Source: Eledone cirrhosa | Taxonomy: Eukaryota | Reading direction: 5' to 3' | NCBI GenBank assembly: GCA_964016885.1 | Contig: OZ024755.1 | Location: 9,734,001-9,798,000 of the forward strand | Length of the DNA: 64,000 nucleotides | Part shown: piece after piece, positions 1 through 13,667 of the stretch | How the letters are laid out: the number at the start of each line of letters is the position of its first letter | Numbering within the stretch: position 1 is the first letter of the stretch | The notes under the pieces: model-generated | Database searches by the model: none | Seen by the model: only the letters and a program-made list of their open reading frames with translations | Told to the model about the DNA's origin: nothing | Translations under genes and position numbers: made by a program

Positions 1-199
1 TAATTATTTGTATACACGCACACACACACACACATATTTATATGTGCGTGTATTTGTATACCTATGGCAAGTGTTTTCGCGTATGCTTGTGTATGTACGT
101 GTATGGATGCGTGTATGTATTTATTTAATTTCAATTACCTCTGTATTTTATTTACTTTATTCTTAACTCTGAAGCGGAGAATCATTCGGTTTCCTAGTT

Positions 200-672
200 A
201 AAATTTTAGTCTACGACTTCAGTTGTACCATTTGCGTGGTTTTGTCTTTGCGTGCAGTTGTTCTCGGCGCTCCACATATGACGTATTATCTTCGTTTTTT
301 CCATTCATTGCCAGAGAACGACTATGAACCACCTAAGAGAATATTAGTCTACGACTTCTTTTATAACAAATGTGGTTCTGTCTTTGCGTGTAATTGTTTT
401 TCACCGCTCCAAATAATGACGTATTATATTCGTTTTTTCCCGTTCTTTGCCATGGAACGTTTCCACGAACCAAAGTATCGTCTTCCTGTCTTCCTCCGGT
501 TGCAACGTTTTTTTGAAATATTCACTTCTGCGTTCACAGATTGACTTTGTTAGTTTCAGAAGATCCCGTTAAGGGTGAAAGCAGCAATTCTTTGCTTAAA
601 CTTTAATCTGTTATTTTAATAAATATTTACTCTACGGTTCTTATATATTTGATATTTATCCTTATCGAGCCT
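200..672. mobile_element. Helitron-related internal fragment with a tandem ~140-bp duplication
   Basis: 505-620 matches 57851-57967; units 204-312 and 343-452 are duplicated. Confidence 0.55.
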
Positions 673-705
673 TCTTTGGATTTTAGTCTTCAAATTTATT
701 ATTAT

Positions 706-748
<43 letters not shown>

Positions 749-878
749 TAAATTTATATCCAGTTGGTATCAAGAAATTAAATGTTCAGAGTGGAGCCAT
801 TCTTGTTTATACCTAGTTTGTATCAAGTAATTGAAATGTTCAAAGTGTAAAGAATCTATTTAAAGTTGACAAACTTAC

Positions 879-920
879 CATAATTACAGGTTCTAAACGT
901 GCAACAAGATCTTGGTATGA
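879..920 (-). CDS. PFKFB: PFKFB exon 11 (gene continues past window start)
   Basis: SYQDLVARLEPVIM; TTTCAG and GTAAGT borders. Confidence 0.96.
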
Positions 921-1044
921 CTGAAAATACAATGGAAACATTGGGTAAACAAGAGATTGTTTGGGTGTGAGTGTTACGTTTGTAGAAGTAGTGTAATAGG
1001 AGAGAAGAGACAAAATATAAAGAGTGGGGTCAAAATTATGAGTA

Positions 1045-1320
1045 AAAAATAGACAAGAGAAAAGAAATATAGTGAGATAGGAGAGGAGGAGACGGAGAGG
1101 AGCAGAAGAGAGAAAGAGAGGAGGGGGAGGAGGAGGAGGAGAGGGGGGATGAGGAGGGGAGGGGTAGAGATGAGGAGGAGGAGGAGGAGGAGGAGGGGGG
1201 CGAAAGAGAGAGGAGGATGAGGGGGGGGAGAAAGAGAGGAGGAGAAAGAAGAGAAGGGAGAGATGGGAGAAAGAGAGATGGAGGAAAGGGGAAAGAGGGA
1301 AGATGGAGCGAGGAGAACAA
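1045..1320. repeat. Polypurine (GGA)n/(GA)n tract in a PFKFB intron
   Basis: Almost pure purines on the + strand; produces spurious Pro/Ser/Leu ORFs. Confidence 0.9.
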
Positions 1321-1379
1321 AGGTTAGTCTTGTGAGCCACATGGCAAGTATCATGTTTGCCATGATAGTGTTTGTATCA

Positions 1380-1616
<237 letters not shown>

Positions 1617-1693
1617 AAGTCATTTGGCATGTTTCTAGGACTGGATGCCTCCAAAATTATATAAATAAAAATGAAAATAAAAATTAAAAATCA

Positions 1694-1888
<195 letters not shown>

Positions 1889-2441
1889 TCAAGAGTTTTA
1901 ACATGAGAGACACTAGTAATTTAGTAAGTACAGTGTTAATGACTTTTCTGAGGGTTGAGAGAACTCTTTAGTCACATCTAAGACATGGCATCCTCTTTAT
2001 TGCTGGAGCCATGATAAAATGCATCCTATACACTCTGCAAAATGGTTGGAATCAGGAAGAGAATCAAGTTGTTAAAGCCACACAAACTCTTCAGTCATGT
2101 CGACAAACTCCCTAGTGCTGGTGAGATGAAAATGCACCCAGTACACTCTGTAAAATTGTTGGCATTAGGAAGGGAATCCAGCTGTAGATATCATGCCAAA
2201 CAAAGAATTGTGTTGAAGACATGATAACCTCCCTAGTACATGGTGCACTTTGTAGTGGGTGAGAACGCATACAAGTAAGATGAGGGCCCCAGCCCACCAG
2301 AGATCAGTGGCTCTGATTCAGTACTGAATTAGTCTGTGGCGACCTGTTTAACCCTTGTTAACAGGGGGAAATGGATCGTGATTATTATAGATGTGAGTGA
2401 GTGTGTCATACATTAATATTTACACAACCAATGACATCTTG

Positions 2442-2689
2442 TTAACCCTTTAGATACCAAACTGCCTGAAAGTGCTCATGGTTCCACGAAATAAAACTTT
2501 ATTTTAAAGTGTTTATATTTATCTAAAAACCTATCATAATTACATGTAAGGACACTTGTTAAGTTATGTTCCAAACACCAGTAATATTGAGAAAGTTAGT
2601 TATATCACTAAATCCCTCCAAATTCTTGATTATTTTCAAAAATATTTGAAAATCATTGGGAATGTAAAATATGTTAATGAAAGGGTTAA
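2442..2689. mobile_element. Second piggyBac-like MITE family, ~250 bp
   Basis: TTAA-CCCTTT...AAAGGG-TTAA termini; decayed copies near 9335, 11675, 15060, 25765, 37390, 39243, 55605 and 59470. Confidence 0.75.
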
Positions 2690-2726
2690 TATAGCTTTAA
2701 TTAGTTTTGAAAGTAATTCTTCATAC

Positions 2727-2798
2727 CTGCCATCCACGTTCTGAGAGGTCACTATCACCACCAATCTTGCCTTCCAGATTCATCAGACTTTCTCCATG
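2727..2798 (-). CDS. PFKFB: PFKFB exon 8 (histidine phosphatase RHG motif)
   Basis: HGESLMNLEGKIGGDSDLSERGWQ; R|HG is split by the intron. Confidence 0.97.
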
Positions 2799-3592
2799 CT
2801 AACAAATGAATGAAATAAAATAAAATAATTAATTAATAATCAATAAAATAAATAAATAAAATAAAATGAAAATTTTAAACTTTTATTTAATGCAATTTTT
2901 CTACATCAAAATTAATCAAGGATAATATTTAATTAAAAAGGGAAATATGTTGATTGTTAGATTAGACCAACAAAACTACATTGATACTTTTGATACTATT
3001 TTCTGGTTACAATTCCCAGCATAAAGGCCAAGTGACAGACATCACAAAGCACCCCATTCTACATTGTATTCTTCAACAAATCTTGCAATCCACCACCTCC
3101 TGGATTGGTACTTTATCAATCGACCAAAGATGAAGTTAACCTCAGCAGGATTTGAACTTACAGCATGAAGAGTTGGAACAAACACTGAAGCATTTAATAC
3201 AATGCTCTAATGACTCTGCTTATTTACCACCTTATATATAATTAAATCAAGCCAAATATCAAGTGTGAAGTAATAAATTGGAATAAAATACCAGGATGCT
3301 TGTATATTACTTTAGAATTTGAAATAAAATGTTCAGCTCCCACCTATACAGCGTTAGCTGGCCTCCTGTGAAGCTGAATCTCATTGGAGGTTTCTGGGGT
3401 GTTTTAATGATAAGCCCTAATCTTATCACGAAAAAGGTGAAATGAAGCATGTTGCTAAAGAACACTAAGCTCTGCCTGGTCAAGGAATTGAACCCACAAC
3501 CTTATGATTGTGAGTCCAACACTTTAACCACTTGGCCAAGTACCTTCACATTATTTCCTCATTTAGAAAAAAAGAGAACCAAATATACAAAC

Positions 3593-3666
3593 CCTAGTAA
3601 GGTAAATTGTTCTTGGGAGGACATGAATATTCATGAGGTAGTACACAACACGACTCTGAAGATGTC
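3593..3666 (-). CDS. PFKFB: PFKFB exon 7
   Basis: GHLQSRVVYYLMNIHVLPRTIYLTR, the kinase/phosphatase junction. Confidence 0.97.
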
Positions 3667-3916
3667 CTGAAAATATGAATAAAATAATTATTGTTATGTT
3701 AATTAAAAATACTAAATATCAATATATCATAAGCTTAGAATAAAGATTCTATTTGAAAAGGTCCAGATGATGAATAATAAATATCCTCCAAGCTCTTGAT
3801 TATTCACAAAATTATTTGGAAACCATCAGTAGTGTCTTTCTTTATAAATATGGTAATGAAAGGCTTAAACATTATAAGCTCTTGCTCTCATGTTTAGGAT
3901 GGTGCATCTCTTTTTG

Positions 3917-4195
3917 ACATACAGACAGTCTACATTATATTATATACCATACAGACACTCTATATTATATTCTATAACTTACAGACACTCTACATCACAT
4001 GCTATAACATACAGACAGTCTACATTATATACTATAATATACAGACACACTACATTTTATTATATACCACACAGACACCCTACACTACATTATATACCAT
4101 ACAGACACCCTTCACTACATTATATACCATACAGACACCCTACATTACATGTTATAATATACAGACACCCTACATTACATTATATACCATACAGA
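3917..4195. repeat. 30-bp minisatellite, ~9 units
   Basis: CATACAGACACCCTACATTACATTATATAC-like units. Confidence 0.9.
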
Positions 4196-4428
4196 ACATG
4201 CTACAATATACAAACACTCTACATCATATTCAGATGATATTATTATCAATATAACATATGACACACTTGGAGTGCATCACTTATTAACTATTTTAAGTAC
4301 TGCTCTAATAATGGGTTGTCATTGCTATGTTTATGGTTATAATACATCTACTAATTTATCCATTAAGCTTCTTCACCCTTAAACAATACAACCTCTGCAA
4401 TATAGCAATCACACATGCACATAAAGAC

Positions 4429-4469
<41 letters not shown>

Positions 4470-6213
4470 GATAGAGAGAGACAAACACACACAGACACAT
4501 GCACCCACACTATCTCTCCGCATTCCACATAAAAAACACATTATTTTTAAGAATGCTTCAGAGCAGACTTTTTTCTACTGTGTGTATATAGGTCTGGAGG
4601 ATTTTCAGCTATGTCAAGGACATGACACCTTCCCTACTGTTGGTGCCACAATAAAATGCACTCAATAGAGTGTAGGATCGTATGCAGGCTCCTCAGTCCA
4701 TTTACAGCTCAGTGGTTTTACTTGAATACTGAATGGTCTGTGACGGCATGCTCAACCCTTGCTAACAGGGAAAAATGGACACTAAATGATTATACACACA
4801 CACATACATAGTTAAAGAAATGACAACACAAACAAAGCATAGAAATGTAAAAACACAGTGTCTTAGTATCATATACATAGCTACAACAGTTAAGATAGAT
4901 TCAATCATCACCATCAATTATTATATAGCTACTGTTAACACAGAATCCAGAAACTCATCAGATCAGAGATTATCTTGGTTTCATGTGGTGTTAAGCAACT
5001 GAAAGTATAAGAATAGCTGCCAGGCAAGACTCCCTCTTGGATGAGACATCAGTCCATTGCAAAGTTAACTTCCAACTGCTGATAATAGACTTTTCAGCTC
5101 AGTAGATTGGAGCAATGTAAATTGAAGTGCCTTAATCACTGAATTTGGCAATTGAATTCACAACCATACGATTGCCAGCCCAACATCATATAACCACTTG
5201 GCTACTCAACAAAATAAAATACCAGTCAAATACTGAGGCTCAATTAAATGGAGGACTTCCCCTACATCTCCAAAAATTTATGGCATTGTACCAATATTAG
5301 AAATTGATATTATTTAAACAGTCTAATATTTAGACAACTAGTTGTGGTACTAACCACATACACTACAGAAGTAGAATTGAATCTATCAAGATGTAGTTTG
5401 AACAAAATATGATAATTTTGGTTGCTTTGTTATTTGTAGATGGTAAAACAAGGATTTTTAAGCCATGGCATAAACACAGTACAAAGCCTGGCAACCAGCC
5501 AAAGAGATTCACCAAGAAAATAACATGTACACAATCCTTCCATATCCTTGCCAGAATTACTATCAGTTACAGCAATTTATAATAACTACCACCAAGTCTA
5601 GAACTCTTCAAACTTTACATATACATATTCCACTAAATATTTATATACATTAGCCTCATTCAACAACAGTTTATTTCACAAATTCTTTCTGTTTAATCAA
5701 TGCACATAATACTCTGTAAATTAAAACGATTGGCTACTTTGAGTTAATGATTTAATGGTTGGATTATATTCAACTATTTGGATTATATTATGTATTTATA
5801 TTATATAAATATTATGTATTTTATTTGTCTGGTCTACAGTTCCAGGCAATTCATCATTATTATCATATTACACCTGTTTTTCCATGCTGGCATAGATTGG
5901 ACGTCCCGTCAGGGTCACAAAACAAGATGGGTCAGATATCCATATCTTGCTCATATGTTCCATATTTTGGCATGGTTTCTACAGCTAGACGTCCTTCCTT
6001 ACCCCAATCACTTTACAGGGTGTACTGGGTGTATTTTATCATAGCAACAACACTAGAGAGGTTTTAGTGGCTTTGACACAACTAAAGGGTCCTCTCAACC
6101 GTTTTAGGCATGGTTTCTATAGCAGGAGGTTCCACCTGTTGCCAACCACCCTTACTATAGTTCAGATATTTTTTGTAAAAAGAAAATATAAAAATGATTT
6201 TTCCATTGGTTTC

Positions 6214-6857
6214 ATAATAAACTCATGTTAACTGTAGTTATATAATAAACCAGTGTAACTGTAGTTATATAATAAACCCGTGTTAACTGTAGTTATATAA
6301 TAAACCAGTGTTAACTGTAGTTATATAATAAACCAGTGTTAACTGTAGTTATATAATAAACCAGTGTTAACTGTAGTTATATAATAAACCAGTATTAACT
6401 GGTTATATAATAAACCAGTGTTAACTGGTTATATAATAAACATGTGTTAACTGGTTATATAATAAACATGTGTTAACTGGTTATATAATAAACATGTGTT
6501 AACTGGTTATATAATAAACCAGTGTTAACTGTGGTCATATAATAAACCTGCATTAACTGTAGTTATATAATAAACCCGTGTTAACTGTAGTTATATAATA
6601 AACTAGTGTTAACTGTAGTTATATAATAAACCAGTGTTAACTAGTTATATAATAAACCAATGTTAACTAGTTATATAATAAACCCGTGTTAACTGGTTAT
6701 ATAATAAACTTGCGTTAACTGGTTATATATTATATAATAAACCAGGGTTAACTGGTTATATAATAAAGTTGTGCTAACTGTGGTTATATAATAAATCAAT
6801 GTTAACTAGTTATATAATAAACCTGTGTTAACTGGTTATATAATAAAGCTGTGTTAA
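6214..6857. repeat. 25/28-bp minisatellite
   Basis: TATATAATAAACCAGTGTTAACTG(TA)GT units, more than 20 copies. Confidence 0.95.
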
Positions 6858-7545
6858 AAGGCATTAAATAATGATGATGATGACTGCAATAACGAGATAG
6901 TATCAACTATGAGAAAACAGTCTATAAACAACAGAATACCATACATTCATTAACACATACACATAATACCATGCATTCATTAACACATACACATAAATAC
7001 ACACACAATCAAACACACATTAACATACACATAAACACACATACTCATGCTCACACAAAAACATTTAAACACACACAAACACCCATCAACACACACCTTC
7101 CCTCTTCTTGCTTCATAGACATATAGTAAAATAAATGCACTTCATATACCTGTGACTGCAATAAAGAAGACACTGATAAACAGACAGGATTACTCTCTAA
7201 ACAACACTAAATAGCAATGCTAGCGTGGAAGATGGACATTTAACGAAGATGATGATGATGCAACAGTAAAATGAAGTTAATACCTACTTATTACCTCCTC
7301 CTCTTAACTGTGATTAAAGAAGGAAGATATGACAAATGTAATACAAGGATCCCTACACCAAAGATCTTTCCTTTTAAATCTTAGTAATATATTCTCTGGT
7401 TATATAGAAGAATAAAAACTGAAATTCAACTGAACAGTAAATGTAGACAAGAAAAGAAAGAAGCAGCCAATCATTAGATTGAACCAAGAAAATTGTTTTC
7501 ATTGGTATTTCCATTGCTAATACTATCTGTTAGATGCAACTATAT

Positions 7546-8062
7546 ATAGTTTAGGGAGCTGCTTCCTCTGTTGACAAAGAAGGGTTTCTCCCTGTGTACG
7601 AAAGGATGGTTATATGATGCCTGTGTGAGATGCGAGATGCTGCATGGTAGTGAGACATGGGCAGCAACTGCAGAAAATATGCGACAGCTGGAGAGAAATG
7701 AAGCAAGTATGCTCTGTTGGATGTGCAATGTCAATGTGCGTGAACGACCAAGCATAGACGAGTTGAGAACGAAACGGGTAGTTGTGGTGTGCAGGAGAGA
7801 AGGCTGAGATGGTATGGACATGTGATGCGCATGGAGGATGACCGCTGGATGAAGAAATGCCAGGAAGTCCCAGTGGAGGGAAGATGCAGTAGAGGTAGAC
7901 CACGAAAAACATGGGCGGAGGTAATGAGAGCAGACCTCAGATCGCTGAAACTCACGGAGGAGATGACGAAGGACCGTGATAATTGGAGAGATGCTGTGCT
8001 GAATAGGACCCGTCCAACCCTTGCAAGCAGGGAAAAGTGGACGTAAAATGATGATGATGATA
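7546..8062 (+). mobile_element. RTE-clade LINE 3' fragment
   Basis: Frameshifted MLHGSETW...RRLRWYGHVMRM...GRPRKTW...DRDNWR; ends in an (ATG)n tail. Confidence 0.9.
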
Positions 8063-8093
<31 letters not shown>

Positions 8094-8210
8094 TATATAA
8101 AATAAAATAAAATAAAATAAAATAAAATAAATAATTCAAATGTTTAAATCTGCATACTGAGGTGTTGGTATACAACCAACATATACTCAAAATTTATAAA
8201 TATATATATA

Positions 8211-8411
8211 TAGGAAAAAAGTCAGGACCCCGACGGCTGAGCTCTGGTCATATTGACAGCTAAATCTGAACTGTTCGGATCTAGCTGTTGAAATGGCTGG
8301 AGCTCAGTCGTCGGAGTCCTGACTCTTTTCCTATTACCCACTCTACTACCCTAAGTATTGAGTACTCTGGTGCGTTATGGTCCACCTGGTATCTTACTAA
8401 ACCCTCTTTGT

Positions 8412-8412
<1 letters not shown>
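8211..8412 (+). mobile_element. Palindromic (TA)n-inserted element, family B (half-hammerhead, Penelope pLTR-like)
   Basis: About 60-bp imperfect inverted arms plus a tail; homologous to 38306-38474 and 60875-61070. Confidence 0.6.
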
Positions 8413-8439
<27 letters not shown>

Positions 8440-8442
<3 letters not shown>

Positions 8443-9157
8443 AACGAAGCTTGCATGCTCCGCTGGATGTGTAATAGTAATATACGTGAACGGCAAAGCA
8501 TAAACAAACTAAGGAAGAAATTAGGAATAAGAGGGATCAGATGTTTACTCGAGAGAAGACTACGTTGGTATGGTCACGTGATGCGCATGAAAGACGACAG
8601 CTGTATAAAAAAGTGCAGGGCAATAAAAATAGACGGTAGCCATGGAGTAGGCAGACCCAGAAAAACCTGGGATGACTTGATAAATTCCGACCTCACACAC
8701 TTACACCTCTCCAAGACTATGTCACTGGACCGTGATCTTTGGCGCTACACAGTAATACAGAAGACCCGCCTTACCTAAGTACAAAGTGAAACCTACTACA
8801 GTCAGTAGGCACCTCTAACAAAATATACCCCCGTCCCACTACCCCCACCCCATCCACACCACCCCTTTCAATGTAAAGTTATGTTGGTACCACAACATCC
8901 AGTCCGAAACAAATGTGGTCGTGTAAGTGTCACGACAAAAAAACACACAGTCCACGCTGTAATGTGGCCGTGTAGGTAACACGGTAAAAACCTCCCAGTC
9001 CACACTGTAAATGTGGTTGGTGTTAGGAAGGGCATCCAGCCGTAGAAAACCCGCCAGACAGTCCTATGCGAGCAAGACAACCACTCTTGCCTCAAGTGGG
9101 AAAACTCCCGTCCAAACCCATGCAAGCGTGGAAGATGGACGTTAAACGATGATGATA
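8440..9157 (+). mobile_element. RTE-clade LINE 3' fragment with long 3' UTR
   Basis: ERRLRWYGHVMRM...GRPRKTW; (ATG)n tail; near-identical inverted copy at 26657-27295. Confidence 0.9.
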
Positions 9158-9793
9158 ATATATATATATATATATATATAGTCTTTCCATTGCTAATGCT
9201 ATCTGTTAGTTGCAACTCCTAGCAGTATATATATATATATATATAGGTAAAGAGTTTATCAGATTGGACCAAGGAAACAATATTTTCATTGGTCTTTCCA
9301 TTGTTGGTACTATCTGCTGAACTTGCGATAATCTAACCCTTTCATTCTCATATTTCTAATAAAAGACATTGCTTATGATTTTCAAGTGATTTTGAAAATA
9401 TTCAGGAATCTGAAGAAAATTTGTAATTTAATTAATTCTGTCATTATTAAGTGTTTAGAACATAAAGGTTCTTACATAAAATTATGACGGAAAGTTGTTA
9501 TATAATTTTAAACACTTTAATCCTTTAATTACCATATTATTAACGAAACACATTGCCTATTATTTTCAAATCCCTTTGAAAATAATAAAAATATTAGCAG
9601 GAATTTATTATTAAGATAGTCTTGGAAAGATAACAAAAGATCTTACATAAAATTATGATGGAAGATTTTAAATAGATATAAACACTTTAAAACAAACAGT
9701 TTTGTGTCACAGAATTGGGATGATTTCAGGCAGTTTAGTATCAAAAGGGTTACAATAGTTTTTAAATTATAGATAAAACAAAAATAAATTTAC

Positions 9794-9977
9794 CTGCTAA
9801 TTTATTTACCAAAAATCGTTCCCCTTGATTAAATATCTGGATAAAAGACATATTGCGATCATGAACATAATCTAATTTTTCATATGTCTGGTCATAGTGC
9901 TTAATCCGTTGTAAAAAGTCTCCTATTGCTTCATTTTTATCCATTCCCATATAGTCAGGACTGCAAATCTTCACCTC
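9794..9977 (-). CDS. PFKFB: PFKFB exon 6
   Basis: EVKICSPDYMGMDKNEAIGDFLQRIKHYDQTYEKLDYVHDRNMSFIQIFNQGERFLVNKLA; overlaps ORF 9762..9974. Confidence 0.97.
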
Positions 9978-10815
9978 CTACAACAAACACAAGAGAAGCA
10001 ATGAAATGACTTAACTCTTTAGCATTTACGTTACTCTATATTTACTATTGTATTTTTGTGATAAAAGCTTTATCCCGCATAAGTATCTCATATAATATCA
10101 AATCTATGAGATTTTGATGTTATTTATTTTGAGAACAATACCTTAACATCAGTATGAGTGGCCAGTTACAGCCGGTTTGAACAGAAAGAGGAGAGAGAAT
10201 TCTGGCCAGATACATGCTTAAAAGGTTAAAGAAATGAAATTAGCATGGACATGTGATGCATATGCACGATAATTGTTGGGTGAAGAAGTGCCATGAGTTC
10301 CCAGTGGAAGGATGCTGTAGTAGAGGAAGGCCAAGGAAAGACATGGACAGAGGTGGTTACAGCTGATCTCAACCCTGACCTTGATAAAGGAGATAACAAA
10401 GAATGCAGCAGGTGAAGGGAAGCTGTTCTGGAAAAGACCTATCCAACCCAGGCAAGTCAGTAAATAAAATTGCAACAAAGAAGTGTATGTCTGCAAGCAT
10501 GTGCGTGTGTGTGAGTCAGTGCAAGCATGTGTGTGCATGTGTATATGCATGTATGTGTGTCTGAGTGTATGTGTGTGTGTATTTTCGCAACCAGGTAGAA
10601 ATGACATTTTAGACAGCAGTCAGTTTATTTAGAGATGTTTTGACTAATCTTACAGACATTTTGTTTTCCTAAGCAGCTAAAGAAATATATAGAAATATAG
10701 AAATAATATAAAATATAAACCAAAACAGTATTAAAATAAACAAATAATAAACCATTTGGCAAGTATGGTAATTTGGAAAAGGAAAATAATATATATATAC
10801 ACATACAAACACGCA

Positions 10816-10848
<33 letters not shown>

Positions 10849-11506
10849 CTGTGTGTGTGTATATACACACACACATACCATATATACATATACATACACA
10901 CATACCATATATACATATACATACACACATACCATATATACATATACATACCGTATATATATATATATATATATACATATGATTACACAAACATATACAC
11001 ACACACATAGATAGATAGATGTACACACACACACACACACGCATATATATACCCATATATATATAAATAAACAAGAAAAGTATCCTATTGCAGTCAGAAT
11101 GTCGATTGCTGCTGTAGAAAAACAGTAAAAATCTGGAGACTCTGCTTCTAAGTATGAGTAAGCCATTTCAAGGTTGTACAGGTTTCAAGGAAAAATCTAC
11201 ACAACACAAAAGTTTGTAATCTGTTATTGGTTCCAAATGCTGAAGGTCATGGTCAAATGAAACAGCTGTTACAGTCAAGGTCATTGCAGGTTGCATCAGC
11301 AACAATTATACACTAAATTATGTATATAAAAGACAGTGTTTATTTTAAGGGAATTTTAGAACTGCTATGTTTGATAATCTCTGAGTCTGAGAAGCATTTG
11401 TAATCAAACTATTTTTAACATTAAATGAGTATTTTAAGTCTTTTAATCATCATTTACTATGTAAATGCATATAGTAAAGTCACCCCCACAAAAAAATAAC
11501 GAATTA

Positions 11507-11662
<156 letters not shown>

Positions 11663-11878
11663 TTATTCAGTATTTTAACCCTTTCATGATTGTATCTTTG
11701 ATTTCTAATAAATTTGTAAATAATCAAGAATTTGGAAGGATTTAGTAATATAACAAACTTTCTCATTATACATGCCTACATCATTGGGATCAAAAGGGTT
11801 AAGGAAATAAAAATACAGTCTTCTTTTACAAAAAAAGATAGAATAATGATTAAGAATAAATAGAAAAGATTCACTTAC

Positions 11879-11942
11879 AGCAACTTCCCCACCACTTGAG
11901 AGATAAGACCGTGCATCTTCAATGGCTAACAGAGCACATTTA
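11879..11942 (-). CDS. PFKFB: PFKFB exon 4
   Basis: HKCALLAIEDARSYLSSGGEVA; phase 2/0; TTTCAG and GTAAGT borders. Confidence 0.95.
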
Positions 11943-13376
11943 CTGAAAGATAAATTAATATTTTCAGTTTTTCAAACATTTTTATCAGATCAAATATGTA
12001 ATTTATTTATAAATTCATGTTTGAAACAACCAGATATAACTTCTACTTTAATAAGAATGGTCTTGAAAGATGTTATTTTATTCTGATCAATAAATTTTAT
12101 CAAGATTTGCATGCATGGTCCCTAACTGCTGGAGGAGTTGTATTGACATTTTTAAACCTGGCGGAGCACATCTACTCTCCAGGTTTATTAAGATTTATAG
12201 AATTTAAGTTGCAGAAGGTATCCAAATTATTTGATTTAGAATAGGTACATCATATCCCTGTATGTCATGACGTTTGGTGCCATGAAAACATTTCTTCAAT
12301 GGAGAAAATAAATCAATTTTTCATCATTTGTTTTTCAATCCTGAAAAAAAGAACACTTGGGATGTGATCAATGGAATAGCCTGCACATGAAATTAATGTG
12401 TTAGTGGCTGAGCATTCCAAAGACATGTACCCATAATATAATTTTCCTGGTGATTCTGTGTGCTAAGGCTAGCTCTCTGAATTTCAGGTACAACTCCCAG
12501 TACTAGGCAGGTACTTTTTTTAATAACCTCGAAAGGATGAAAGGTATAGTTGAACTCTGCAAAATTTGAACTCAGAACAGAAACATGGAACAAATACTGC
12601 AAAGCATTCTATCCAATGTTATAACAACTCTGCCAATTCACCACCTTTTAGATAAATATATAAACATTTTAAAACAAACAGTTTTACATTACAGACCCAG
12701 AGCTAGTTTCAGGCAGTTTGCTATCAAAAGGAGGCAACATCTTGTTCTGATTAAAACATTATTCCATTGAAGACAGAAGAAATTCAATGTCAGCCTCTTT
12801 GATTTATTATAATAAAATAATACAATATTGATTTTATAGTAACTGGAGCAACATTTTCGTTTATTAGAGCAGGTGTAACTACAGTGAAAGATCAAGAATT
12901 GGATTCATTCCAGGAATAAATAGCTTTCTGTTATTTTGTTTTTCACCAGTAAATAAATAGACCGTAGATGTAGATATGGCTGTGTGGTTAAAGAGTTCAT
13001 GTTGCAACCATACAGTTTCAGTTTCAGTCACCCTGTGTGGTACCTTGGGCAGGTGTTTTCTACTAATGCCCTGGGTTGGCCAGTGCTTGTAAGTGGGATT
13101 TGGTAGATGTAAACTATAGAAGCCCATCATATATGTGTGTGAGTGAGCGAGCAAAGGAGTGAGTGTGAGAGCAAGTATAAGTGAGAGTAAGTGGGCATGA
13201 GAATGGCTTACCTAGGGAACAGAGGCAAATGTTGGGTACTAAAAGAAAATTACTGTGTGCCAGTCATCTCAGACTAAGGTTTCTAATATTGGGCACTTTT
13301 ATTTATCATGGGGGTCCTTTTTGAGACGTTTTACTGCTTGAAGCTCTTCCTAGTGCCAACCATTTTAGTCGTTTCA

Positions 13377-13667
<291 letters not shown>

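Noticed and set aside
3890-4237. Repetitive YRHPTLHYIP ORF
   Set aside because: Reading frame of a 30-bp intronic minisatellite, antisense to PFKFB.
6214-6857. CRISPR-like regular array (also 51984-52277)
   Set aside because: Head-to-tail repeats without unique spacers, no cas genes, eukaryotic context.
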